The translations under genes and the position numbers were made by a program. 64,000 nucleotides of DNA from positions 1 to 64,000 of IMG/VR virus record IMGVR_UViG_3300017933_000003; one strand, 5' to 3'. The notes below the pieces were generated by a model that saw only the letters and a list, made by a program, of their open reading frames with translations, ran no database searches and was not told the DNA's origin. The DNA is from a virus (lineage: Duplodnaviria; Caudoviricetes). Each line of letters opens with the position of its first letter. Positions within the stretch are counted from its first letter, which is position 1. This document shows, piece after piece, positions 8,941 through 17,298 of this stretch.

Positions 8941-10118
8941 TGGACATTATATACACTGGAGAGGAAATGCCTCAATCCTTTACCAAGTCTATCTTTTTAG
9001 CTGGCCCAACTAGCAGGAACAAAGAAGTTCCATCGTGGCGCCCCGATGCTCTCAAATTGTTAGAAGACATGGGTTTTGATGGAACTGTTTTCGTGCCGGA
9101 AGATGCTAATGGTGAAGTGCATTTAGATTACGATCACCAAATAGAATGGGAAGAAAAACACCTCAACGCTGCCGATTGCATCGTCTTTTGGATTCCTCGC
9201 GATCTCTCACCAGATAGTGAAGGTTTTCCTAAGCGAGCTGCCTTCACTACCAATATTGAATGGGGAACTTGGGCAGATTCAGGTAAAGTAGTTCTCGGCG
9301 CCCCAGAAGATGCTGAGAAGATGGCGTATATCAAACATTATGCCGAGGAATATAGAGTTCCTTTTGCTGAAACTTTGACCGAGACGTTGAAAAACGCTAT
9401 GGATAAATTGGGTGAGGGTGAAGAACGCAGTGGAGGAGAGCGCTATGTTCCCCTGTTTATTTGGAAGTTAGACTCTTTTCAAAACTGGTATCAGGGGCAA
9501 AAAGGGGCAGGTAATGTATTAGAAACGGCTCGTCTTCTCTATACTTTCCGTCCTCGATTCAAGGATTTTGTATTTCTTTGGACGCTTAAAATTAAGATAT
9601 ATGTTTCATCTGAAGATCGTTTTAAAGAAAATGAGATAGTTATTTCTCGTCCTGATATTTCTTGTGTTATGCTTTATCATAAAGCTAGCTATTACAGAGA
9701 CACAGAGGTAGTTCTCATCAAGGAATTTCGCTCTCCCGCCTCTACATTCGATGGGTTCGTTCATGAGCTGCCCAGCGGTTCTGTCAGAAATTCAAAGGCA
9801 GACGAGGCGGCTGCGGTAGAAGAGCTGCTAGAGGAGACGGGATTTTATCTGGATCCCTCTCGTCTGAGAGTTGTCAATGTCAGGCAATTAGCCGGAACTT
9901 TCTCGGCGCATAAGGCACATGCGTATTGCGCGGATTTAACTGATGAGGAGTTGGAGTGGTTCAAATCTCAGAAGGATATTCCACATGGTGTAGAGAAAGA
10001 TTCTGAAAGAACCTTTGTGGAAGTCAAGACCATTCGAGAACTATTGAATACTAACTTAGTGGACTGGTCGACGCTTGGTATAATATTTTCTACTCTTTCC
10101 TCCCAAGGTTATCTGTAA
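8940..10118 (+). CDS. nucleoside 2-deoxyribosyltransferase-like domain fused to a Nudix domain
   Basis: IFLAGP...WR...EWE...ADCIVFW...TNIEWG N-terminal signature; ELPSG...EELLEETGF degenerate Nudix box. Confidence 0.75.
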   Translation: MDIIYTGEEMPQSFTKSIFLAGPTSRNKEVPSWRPDALKLLEDMGFDGTVFVPEDANGEVHLDYDHQIEWEEKHLNAADCIVFWIPRDLSPDSEGFPKRAAFTTNIEWGTWADSGKVVLGAPEDAEKMAYIKHYAEEYRVPFAETLTETLKNAMDKLGEGEERSGGERYVPLFIWKLDSFQNWYQGQKGAGNVLETARLLYTFRPRFKDFVFLWTLKIKIYVSSEDRFKENEIVISRPDISCVMLYHKASYYRDTEVVLIKEFRSPASTFDGFVHELPSGSVRNSKADEAAAVEELLEETGFYLDPSRLRVVNVRQLAGTFSAHKAHAYCADLTDEELEWFKSQKDIPHGVEKDSERTFVEVKTIRELLNTNLVDWSTLGIIFSTLSSQGYL

Positions 10119-10147
10119 GTGATCTGCTAACTGTTTCGCATACAGTT

Positions 10148-10312
10148 ATGTTCGACACTAATGATAAACAGACATTTCTTTTTAAATGTGATGAATGCCA
10201 AATGATAGTAAGCGTGGATTTAGAAGACGAAGCAGATATCACCGAGGCTCATGATGATAAAATGGTGCTGGCGTGCCCATGTGGCGGTAAATCTAAGGTG
10301 CTTCGTAATTAA
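10148..10312 (+). CDS. small zinc-ribbon protein (54 aa, not in the ORF track)
   Basis: manual translation MFDTNDKQTFLFKCDECQ...LACPCGGKSKVLRN*. Confidence 0.55.
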   Translation: MFDTNDKQTFLFKCDECQMIVSVDLEDEADITEAHDDKMVLACPCGGKSKVLRN

Positions 10313-10336
10313 AACATTTATATTTATAGGTAAGTT

Positions 10337-10900
10337 ATGAACAAAGATCAATTTATTGAGGCGTTATCTGCTTTGCGCCCAGCTTCTACCTTTCTCACTT
10401 TAAAAGGCTATCGCAATAGTGCAGATGAAGTAGCAGATTATAGTATAGCGTTCCACATTAGCTACAAGCGAGCCCTGGAAAAGAGCCTTGATTTTTTGGA
10501 GTCAGTGATACTACAAACCGCATTAGAAAGATTAGCTCGTGACGAGCTGGTAGAGTCTTTCCGTAAGTCTCTAATTAAAATAGAGGAAACTCTCATCGAA
10601 GATATTGAGGATGGTTACACGCGTTTCTTTGATGAAAATAATTTTCCTATTAAGGGTGTTAAATTGCATAATGCCACCGCCACTCTTCACTTATATGGTA
10701 ATGTGGTGCGTAAGCGTATTATTCAACCTGGCACCTATCCTCATGTCAATAGCAAGCCTTTAACCATCGCTAAGGAAAAATTGCGTTATTTGACATCGGT
10801 GGGTAAATTTCGTCAGTTCCGCGTCACTCCTCAGCAAGTGGAGAGGATTGCGGTTCAAAACCTTTCCCTCCTTCCGCCGAATGATAATTTGTTAATTTAA
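10337..10900 (+). CDS. hypothetical protein
   Basis: 187-aa ORF. Confidence 0.65.
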   Translation: MNKDQFIEALSALRPASTFLTLKGYRNSADEVADYSIAFHISYKRALEKSLDFLESVILQTALERLARDELVESFRKSLIKIEETLIEDIEDGYTRFFDENNFPIKGVKLHNATATLHLYGNVVRKRIIQPGTYPHVNSKPLTIAKEKLRYLTSVGKFRQFRVTPQQVERIAVQNLSLLPPNDNLLI

Positions 10901-10970
10901 TTAAATTGAACACCTATCAATAACGATATATACTCTCACGCAAGAGGGGAAAATATATTTTGGCACCAAT

Positions 10971-11071
10971 TGCCTCGACAATGGTTGAGCGTAATTCCTT
11001 ATCATTCGTATAAATTACACGCTCTTGACGTTGTAGCTACCGTGATTATAATGCGGTGCTTGACGAAGGCA
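10971..11071 (+). promoter_or_regulatory. structured 5' leader of the Ro60 gene
   Basis: TGCCT/AGGCA closing helix, GAGCGT-AATT/AATT-AC-ACGCTC and ACCGT/GCGGT hairpins; lies between a CGATATAT motif (10924) and the ATG at 11117. Confidence 0.45.
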
Positions 11072-11116
11072 TCGTCATTTTGTTGGAACTTTCTTCCAAA
11101 TAAAAGGAGTATTCAC

Positions 11117-12694
11117 ATGTCAAACAAGAATCTATTTTCGAACAAGAAGGCAACTGTGTCTCGTAAGGTGACTCGTGCAACTGACACGACTAATGAAGCA
11201 GGTGGAACTGCCTATAAGCTATCCGACAAGGCTGCTTTGGCGCAATACGCTCTGACTGGCACTTTCAACGGCACCTACTATGCTTCGGATGCAGAGCAGT
11301 TGAAGAAGACGCTCGAATTGGCTAACAAGGTCGATGTTAAGTTCGTTGCCAAGCTTGCCGTGTACGCACGTGAACAAGGCTTAATGAAAGATATGCCCGC
11401 CGTGTTAGCTGCAGTAGTGGCTAGCCGAGATACCGAATTGTTAGCTCAGATTTTTGATCGAGTGATTGATAACCCGAAGATGCTCCGCAACTTCGTGCAG
11501 ATCATTCGTTCAAGTGCGGTGGGTCGCAAGTCCTTTGGCACTCGTATCAAGCGATTGATTCAGAACTATTTGGAAAACTTGACCGACGAACAATTGTTTA
11601 AGGCTGACGTGGGTAACGATCCCAGCTTGCAGGACATTATTAAACTGGTTCACCCCAAGCCTTCTAACAAGAAACGTTCCGCCATGTATGGATATTTGCT
11701 GGACAAAGAATATAATGCTCGCGATTTAGCGCCTTTGGCTAAGGAGTTTGAGCGTTTCAAGAAGGAACTGTCTGGAGAGATTCCTGACGTTCCGTTTCAA
11801 ATGTTAACGGCATTACCGTTGACGGATAAGCACTGGAAGCAGATTGCTGATAATGCCACCTGGAATCAGACACGTATGAATTTGAATACGTTTGCACGTC
11901 ACAATGTATTGGTTGATCGTGATATGACGGTTAAGCTTGCCAAGCGTCTCTCTAACCCAGAGTCAGTGCGTAAGGCGAAGGTGTTTCCTTATCAGTTGTT
12001 TACTTCATATCTCAACATGGATACTACTATTCCTGCCAATTTGACCAATGCGTTGCAAGATGCTGCGGACTCAGCTTTGGATAATATTCCTGAGTTCTCG
12101 GGTAAGGTCTATGTCATGGTAGACACTTCCGGTTCTATGAGTTCTCCAGCCACGGGAAACCGTGGTTCAGTGACCACCAAAACTCGTTGTGTAGATGTAG
12201 CAGGACTCTTTGCTGCCGCTATCTTGCGTAAGAACCCTGATACGGAAATCGTTCCTTTCGATACACGTGTGCACGTGGACTTTCGTTTGAATACTCGTGA
12301 CTCTATTATGACCAACGCTCAAAAGTTGGCTTCTTTCGGTGGCGGTGGTACCGATTGTTCCGCTGCTTTGAAGTATGTCAACAGTCAGCTTAAGAAGGGC
12401 GACCTGGTTATCTATATTAGTGATAACCAAAGTTGGTTAGATTCGGGTTCCTCCTATTATCATGATGCTACGGCAACTATGAATGAGTGGAATAAGTTCA
12501 AAGCTCGCAACCCGAAGGCAAAGTTGGTGTGTATTGATATTCAGCCGTATGCTTCAACCCAGGCACACGATCGTGAAGATATACTAAATATTGGGGGATT
12601 TTCTGATACTTGCTTCGAAGTAATCAATAATTTTATGGAGATGGGATCCAACAAGGATCTTTGGATCAAAACCATCGAGTCCGTCACGCTCTGA
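11117..12694 (+). CDS. Ro60 / TROVE-domain RNA-binding protein with C-terminal vWA domain
   Basis: TNEAGGTAY, GTFNGTYY, MKDMP, LRNFVQIIRS, TRMNLNTF, VFPYQLF and VDTSGSMS (MIDAS) motifs; AAGGAG RBS before ATG 11117. Confidence 0.92.
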   Translation: MSNKNLFSNKKATVSRKVTRATDTTNEAGGTAYKLSDKAALAQYALTGTFNGTYYASDAEQLKKTLELANKVDVKFVAKLAVYAREQGLMKDMPAVLAAVVASRDTELLAQIFDRVIDNPKMLRNFVQIIRSSAVGRKSFGTRIKRLIQNYLENLTDEQLFKADVGNDPSLQDIIKLVHPKPSNKKRSAMYGYLLDKEYNARDLAPLAKEFERFKKELSGEIPDVPFQMLTALPLTDKHWKQIADNATWNQTRMNLNTFARHNVLVDRDMTVKLAKRLSNPESVRKAKVFPYQLFTSYLNMDTTIPANLTNALQDAADSALDNIPEFSGKVYVMVDTSGSMSSPATGNRGSVTTKTRCVDVAGLFAAAILRKNPDTEIVPFDTRVHVDFRLNTRDSIMTNAQKLASFGGGGTDCSAALKYVNSQLKKGDLVIYISDNQSWLDSGSSYYHDATATMNEWNKFKARNPKAKLVCIDIQPYASTQAHDREDILNIGGFSDTCFEVINNFMEMGSNKDLWIKTIESVTL

Positions 12695-12728
12695 AAAGAA
12701 TTGAACTTTAGACCAAAGCAAAAATACG

Positions 12729-12926
12729 ATGATCAGACAACTTCTCAAGCACATATTTTCTCTTTCCGAAAATAAAACCGATTCTACTTGGTGGGTTGGA
12801 CTTATCTGCTCTTCATGTGGAGAATCTTTAACGCAGGCACCAAATAGCTACTGTGGTCATTGTAAAAGAACTATCTGCGAGAAGTGTGGCTACATTCCAG
12901 GCGGATGTGGCTGGTGTGGAGGATGA
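12729..12926 (+). CDS. small Cys-rich zinc-finger protein
   Basis: four CxxC pairs in 65 aa. Confidence 0.55.
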   Translation: MIRQLLKHIFSLSENKTDSTWWVGLICSSCGESLTQAPNSYCGHCKRTICEKCGYIPGGCGWCGG

Positions 12927-13526
12927 ATGATTACCTTAGATAAACTTATTTTAGAAGCTAAACGAGCCGCCGAACTATCTTATTCCCCATACTCACACTT
13001 CCGTGTGGGTGCGTGTGTGGAAGTGGATGGAGACCTCTACTATAGCGGCACCAACATCGAAAACGCCTCTTATGGCTTGACCATTTGTGCGGAACGCGTA
13101 GCCATCTGCAAAGCCGTTTCTCACGGGCATACTAAGCTCAAGAGAGTGATTGTCTATGGTCCTTCTGAACAAGTTCGTACTGCACCTTGTGGTGCTTGCC
13201 GACAGTTCATTAAGGAGTTTGCCGACGAAGAAACTCGAATTCACTGCGTGTGTAACACTGACTCTACTATGGTTTTTACCATGGAAGAATTGCTGCCTAA
13301 GGCATTTGGACCCGAAAATTTGCTGAGGAGAAAGACGGAAGCTACTGCTATCTTGGACGCCCAAAGCACCCGAGATCCAGTTAGAGATTGTCGCTTCTGT
13401 GGGCAGTTTCCATGTCCCGATCATGCGCCATATTATGAAGAAATAGAAAGAAAACTTCAGGAAAGATTAAGGGAAATTCAAGCAGAAAAAGATTTTTTAG
13501 AGAAACCTGGCACGTCTACCTCTTAA
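12927..13526 (+). CDS. cdd: cytidine deaminase with C-terminal extension
   Basis: YSPYSHFRVGA, NIENASY, CAERVA and PCGACRQ motifs. Confidence 0.9.
   Translation: MITLDKLILEAKRAAELSYSPYSHFRVGACVEVDGDLYYSGTNIENASYGLTICAERVAICKAVSHGHTKLKRVIVYGPSEQVRTAPCGACRQFIKEFADEETRIHCVCNTDSTMVFTMEELLPKAFGPENLLRRKTEATAILDAQSTRDPVRDCRFCGQFPCPDHAPYYEEIERKLQERLREIQAEKDFLEKPGTSTS
13493..13499 (+). promoter_or_regulatory. candidate -1 ribosomal frameshift slippery site T TTT TTA
   Basis: in phase with cdd (GAT TTT TTA); the -1 frame opens the GIY-YIG ORF; CGTCTAC/GTAGACG hairpin downstream. Confidence 0.6.
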
Positions 13527-13747
13527 AATGTGTAGACGGCACTCTGTATACCGGTATCACTAATAATTTAGATAGAAGAATTAAACAACATAACAAGGGT
13601 CGCGGCGCAAAATATACACGTGGTCGTGGTCCCGTTACCCTGGTTAAGTCCTTCCAATGCCTCAATAAAAGTGATGCTCTCAAATTAGAATACAAAATCA
13701 AGAAACTATCAAAAGATGAGAAATTGAGTTATATAGACTCAATATGA
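13499..13747 (+). CDS. GIY-YIG nuclease, UPF0213/YhbQ-like; no ATG/GTG/TTG start (not in the ORF track)
   Basis: manual translation WHVYLLKCVDGTLYTGITNNLDRRIKQHNKGRGAKYTRGRGP...ALKLEYKIK; its TGA overlaps the next ATG (ATGA). Confidence 0.85.
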   Translation, partial: RETWHVYLLKCVDGTLYTGITNNLDRRIKQHNKGRGAKYTRGRGPVTLVKSFQCLNKSDALKLEYKIKKLSKDEKLSYIDSI

Positions 13748-14208
13748 GTAAAGATATCGATAATCTTCTTAGATGGCTTCAAATTCGTGAAGAAAATGGT
13801 ATTGCTTTTCCTTCTGGTTTATCCCAATTTAATGCCGACATTGGACACTCAGCCTTATTGAACCGCTTAATGGAAGGTAAAGAGCCATTACCCATTGCCC
13901 CTCCGCGAGCCTATTCTTATCCTTGGTATCATCTCATTGAGGATGGATATGGTTACCCTTACGAAGTATGGGAGGCGCCTAAAGAATTTAGCACCGAATA
14001 TAATGCTCTCATTATTGAACAGTGCCTTTGTTGGAAAGTTTTAGAAAAAATTTCCGATAACGAATGGATTGTTACCTATTCCTATCAAAATAGAAAAGAA
14101 ACAAAATGGCACCCTGATAGGTGGCACGTATATCAAATAGGCTCTCGTATCCCACAGCATCCCGACCAAAGATCTTCCAATAAATTATGGAAAATAGAGA
14201 AGCTATGA
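13744..14208 (+). CDS. hypothetical protein
   Basis: 154-aa ORF. Confidence 0.6.
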   Translation: MSKDIDNLLRWLQIREENGIAFPSGLSQFNADIGHSALLNRLMEGKEPLPIAPPRAYSYPWYHLIEDGYGYPYEVWEAPKEFSTEYNALIIEQCLCWKVLEKISDNEWIVTYSYQNRKETKWHPDRWHVYQIGSRIPQHPDQRSSNKLWKIEKL

Positions 14209-14260
14209 GATGAGGATATATTTAGGGTTGACTAAAACTTTTACCTTAGGATTTTATAAA

Positions 14261-14968
14261 ATGACCAAACCCAATTTTACATCTATCAACGTCGTGATCG
14301 ATCGCTCTGGCTCTATGTCCAGTTTGCGGCAAGACACCATCGGCTCTTTTAATAGCTTTCTTCAAGAACAAAAGGTAGTACCAGGTGAGTGTGTTTTTAC
14401 TCTCTGCACTTTTAGTGACGACTATCATTTGGTGCATGATTTCGAAAAGATTGCCAACGTCCCCGAACTTACAAAGGCTACTTATCGTCCAGGTGGAAAT
14501 ACCGCTCTTTTGGACGCTTTTGGTGCCACTATTGATGAAGTAGGTCGTAAGCTTGCCGCTATGCCCGAAGGAGAGAGACCCGACAAGGTGCTCTTCTTGG
14601 TCATCACTGACGGACAGGAGAACAGCAGCAGCCGTTATACTCGCGATCAAATCAAGAGCATGGTGGAACATCAACGCTCTGTTTATTCGTGGGAATTTGT
14701 CTTTGTTGGCGCGAACATCGATGCCTTTACTGTGGGCACTAGTCTTGGTTTTACCGGACAAAATTCGGTAGGTTATGTTCCAACAGCGGCTGGCACCAAT
14801 AGTTTGTACGGCAGTATTTCCAGCAATACTACTGCTTACCGTTCCAGCAAATCTTCTTTGTCTCCTGATTTCTTTAGTCAGACTGGAATTACTCCTACTA
14901 CTCCGGCTCCTGCCGCTCCGGTTGTCCCCACGACTCCGGACACTAGTGGCAGCACCCCATCTAAGTAA
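14261..14968 (+). CDS. vWA domain protein
   Basis: VIDRSGSMS MIDAS, GNTALLDA and VITDGQEN motifs; Pro/Thr-rich tail. Confidence 0.85.
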   Translation: MTKPNFTSINVVIDRSGSMSSLRQDTIGSFNSFLQEQKVVPGECVFTLCTFSDDYHLVHDFEKIANVPELTKATYRPGGNTALLDAFGATIDEVGRKLAAMPEGERPDKVLFLVITDGQENSSSRYTRDQIKSMVEHQRSVYSWEFVFVGANIDAFTVGTSLGFTGQNSVGYVPTAAGTNSLYGSISSNTTAYRSSKSSLSPDFFSQTGITPTTPAPAAPVVPTTPDTSGSTPSK

Positions 14969-15178
14969 ATGTGCGCCGTCTCTGTTATCTACGATATGTT
15001 CGCTAAACAACCAGATACTTGGTTCAATAAGGAGCGTATTGAGTTGTTCTATGATATGATAATTGCTGCTCGAACCTTTGATGTTGAATCGGGACAGCCG
15101 GATTGTGAAGATCTGGAAAAGGCTAAATTAGAAGAGCGCATTGCTGAGTTAGAGGCGCAATTAACCAATAAAGAGTAA
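14969..15178 (+). CDS. hypothetical protein
   Basis: 69-aa ORF with coiled-coil end. Confidence 0.5.
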   Translation: MCAVSVIYDMFAKQPDTWFNKERIELFYDMIIAARTFDVESGQPDCEDLEKAKLEERIAELEAQLTNKE

Positions 15179-15179
15179 A

Positions 15180-15650
15180 ATGACGAAATTTAAAATTCGA
15201 GGACCCGAAAAAGTGGTTCTCGATAAGGTAAGTGACGAAACTTGGCAACAAGTTTCCCGACTAAGGAATGATTATATCTCCTGTCTTAAATTGGCTACAG
15301 AGACTGATTCCAAAAAAGAAGATACTTATCTAAGAGCAGAAGCTACCAAAGCTTTAACAGAGTTACGACAAATTTGTCCGCATCAGCACTGTGTATGCTT
15401 ATGCTCTGAATATAATGGTTCATATAGTATGGATTATGATGATAAGCACAGGGAACATAGAATATGTTTATGTTGTGGGGTTGAGGAATATGCGTGGAAT
15501 CCTGATTGGACAATATTAAAGGTGGAACCCTTTTCGAGATTTGAAGGTAAGTTTCCAGATCAAATTAAATATCCACTATCATATCTACTGTCAGAGGCTA
15601 CAGATATAGCAGAGTCACAAGGATATAATTATTTTGGATACAGAAGGTAA
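15180..15650 (+). CDS. hypothetical protein
   Basis: 156-aa ORF with CPH...CLCC motif. Confidence 0.6.
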   Translation: MTKFKIRGPEKVVLDKVSDETWQQVSRLRNDYISCLKLATETDSKKEDTYLRAEATKALTELRQICPHQHCVCLCSEYNGSYSMDYDDKHREHRICLCCGVEEYAWNPDWTILKVEPFSRFEGKFPDQIKYPLSYLLSEATDIAESQGYNYFGYRR

Positions 15651-15654
15651 AAAG

Positions 15655-16200
15655 ATGATAAAGGCAATTTACCCAGGTTGTTTTGATCCTATAACTTGGG
15701 GACATTTGGATATTATCCGGCGTAGCATGCAGTTCTGTGATCAATTAGTGATCGCGGTGGGCGTTAATTCTGCCAAGAAACCTTTCTTCTCCACAGAAGA
15801 GCGTATGAAGCAAATTGATACGGTAGTTAATAATCATATGGACTTCTTGGTTTCTACCAACATTACGGTCACTTCTTTTGAAGGTCTTTTAACTGATTAT
15901 GCCAAACTAATTAGTGCCAAGATTCTTATTCGTGGCATTAGATCTGTTTCTGACTTCGAATACGAAATCACTATTGCTAATGCTAACAAGATCTTGGCGC
16001 CCAATATCGAAACGGTTTTTCTACCCACCAGCCCTAACCTGGCGGTGGTTTCTTCCTCGGCAGTCAAAGAAATCGGCAAATATGGCGGACCTTTGTCCCA
16101 TTTTGTTCCGCCCGAAATTGAGAAGGCGGTGAAGACAAAGTTTGGTTTTGCTGAATCTCCCGCCACTGGATTTATAAAATACGGCGACCCACAAAAGTAA
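15655..16200 (+). CDS. coaD: phosphopantetheine adenylyltransferase
   Basis: AIYPGCFDPITWGHLDII, IRGIRSVSDFEYE, VSSSAVKEI. Confidence 0.92.
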   Translation: MIKAIYPGCFDPITWGHLDIIRRSMQFCDQLVIAVGVNSAKKPFFSTEERMKQIDTVVNNHMDFLVSTNITVTSFEGLLTDYAKLISAKILIRGIRSVSDFEYEITIANANKILAPNIETVFLPTSPNLAVVSSSAVKEIGKYGGPLSHFVPPEIEKAVKTKFGFAESPATGFIKYGDPQK

Positions 16201-16215
16201 AAATTAGCCAGGGTG

Positions 16216-16244
16216 TTGACAGGGCGGTCAAGTGGGATTATATT
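16216..16244 (+). promoter_or_regulatory. sigma70-like promoter
   Basis: TTGACA-17 nt-TATATT ahead of the HNH gene and RNA array. Confidence 0.65.
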
Positions 16245-16291
16245 GCTTTGATATTCGAGGGGAAAGTTAGGCATAAATCGATAATTTTGTT

Positions 16292-16798
16292 ATGAAGTGT
16301 TCTCGATGTGATAGGAACGATCTTACTGAAGAAGATTTTTATAAAACTTCAAGTGGATATCTTTATTCTTTCTGTAAAGTTTGTCATAATAAACAGAGCG
16401 CTAAGGCAAAGAAAGCCAGGTATCAGCTTCCTGAAAATAAAATTAAGATGTCTCAAAAAGCTAAGCGGGCGAGACAAAATCCTGAAAAACGAGCAAATGT
16501 AATTTTTACAGATTCAAAAAGTTCTGACAAAAAACATAATAGAGAGTTCGATCTAACAGTAGATTTTATTAAGGAAATTATTAGCGCAGAATGTTCTTAT
16601 TGTGGTGAAACTGAATTGCAAATGACAGTGGATAGAATAGATAATAATATTGGTCATTTACAAAACAATGTTGTGGCTTCCTGTATTAGATGTAATTTAA
16701 TAAGAAAAGCGATGCCATACGAAGCTTGGCTGTGTCTATTGCCGGGTTTGAGAGAAGCGAGGGAGAAAAAATTATTTGTCGATTGGTTGGGTAAATAG
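16292..16798 (+). CDS. HNH-type homing endonuclease
   Basis: CSYCG...TVDRIDNNIGH...NVVASCIRCN. Confidence 0.8.
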   Translation: MKCSRCDRNDLTEEDFYKTSSGYLYSFCKVCHNKQSAKAKKARYQLPENKIKMSQKAKRARQNPEKRANVIFTDSKSSDKKHNREFDLTVDFIKEIISAECSYCGETELQMTVDRIDNNIGHLQNNVVASCIRCNLIRKAMPYEAWLCLLPGLREAREKKLFVDWLGK

Positions 16799-16821
16799 GT
16801 GATATAATAATATTTATACAT

Positions 16822-16904
16822 GGGAAGGTAGCTCAGTGTCAGAGCGCAAGGCGTCCGCAAGGAAAACCTTGAGGTCGGTGGTTTGATTCCATCCCTTCCC
16901 ACCA
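16822..16904 (+). tRNA. tRNA-like gene with a GNRA hairpin inserted in the anticodon loop (Phe-like)
   Basis: GGGAAGG/CCTTCCC+ACCA; GCTC/GAGC D arm; CAAGG/CCTTG stem encloses the 15-nt loop CG-TCC-GCAA-GGA-AAA. Confidence 0.75.
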
Positions 16905-16964
16905 AGCTGAATGCAGATGTGATTACATCGGAAAAATGCAAAATCTCATCAACTCTTGTCAGCT
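16905..16964 (+). ncRNA. Y-like stem-loop RNA, copy 1
   Basis: AGCTGA-ATGC-A-GATGTGAT-TACAT...ATCTCATC-AAC-TCTTG-TCAGCT. Confidence 0.6.
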
Positions 16965-16969
16965 TTTAT

Positions 16970-17064
16970 GCACCGATAGCTCAGTGTTAGAGCAGCTGGT
17001 CAATGTCCGAATAAAAACGGATAAACTTGCAGGTCGTGTGGTTCAACTCCCGCTCGGTGCCCCA
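16970..17064 (+). tRNA. tRNA-like gene with a hairpin inserted in the anticodon loop (identity undetermined)
   Basis: GCACCGA/TCGGTGC+C+CCA; D and T arms present; TGTCCG/CGGATA hairpin inside the anticodon loop. Confidence 0.7.
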
Positions 17065-17104
17065 CTTATGGCTTGATTCATGTAAAAGTGAATTGTGCCA
17101 CCAC

Positions 17105-17162
17105 ACCGAATGCCAGTAGGATTACATACCATAAAAAACAAATCTTACTAACTATTGTCGGT
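17105..17162 (+). ncRNA. Y-like stem-loop RNA, copy 2
   Basis: ACCGA-ATGC-C-AGTAGGAT-TACAT...ATCTTACT-AAC-TATTG-TCGGT. Confidence 0.55.
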
Positions 17163-17164
17163 AT

Positions 17165-17250
17165 GGAGTAGACGAGTCATCGGTAGACTCACCAGTCTGT
17201 AAAACTGGCGCCTTTGTGCACTGTGGGTTCGAATCCCTCCTGCTCCACCA
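17165..17250 (+). tRNA. tRNA-Tyr(GUA)
   Basis: cloverleaf; CCAGT-CTGTAAA-ACTGG; long variable arm; CCA. Confidence 0.92.
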
Positions 17251-17298
17251 TCCAGTTCTAAACTGGTTTGTTCGATGACAACTTAATAACTTTTCGTT

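Noticed and set aside
10970-11116. 49-aa N-terminal extension of Ro60 given by the ORF track
   Set aside because: The TTG start has no RBS, the strong AAGGAG precedes ATG 11117, and the region folds as a structured leader.
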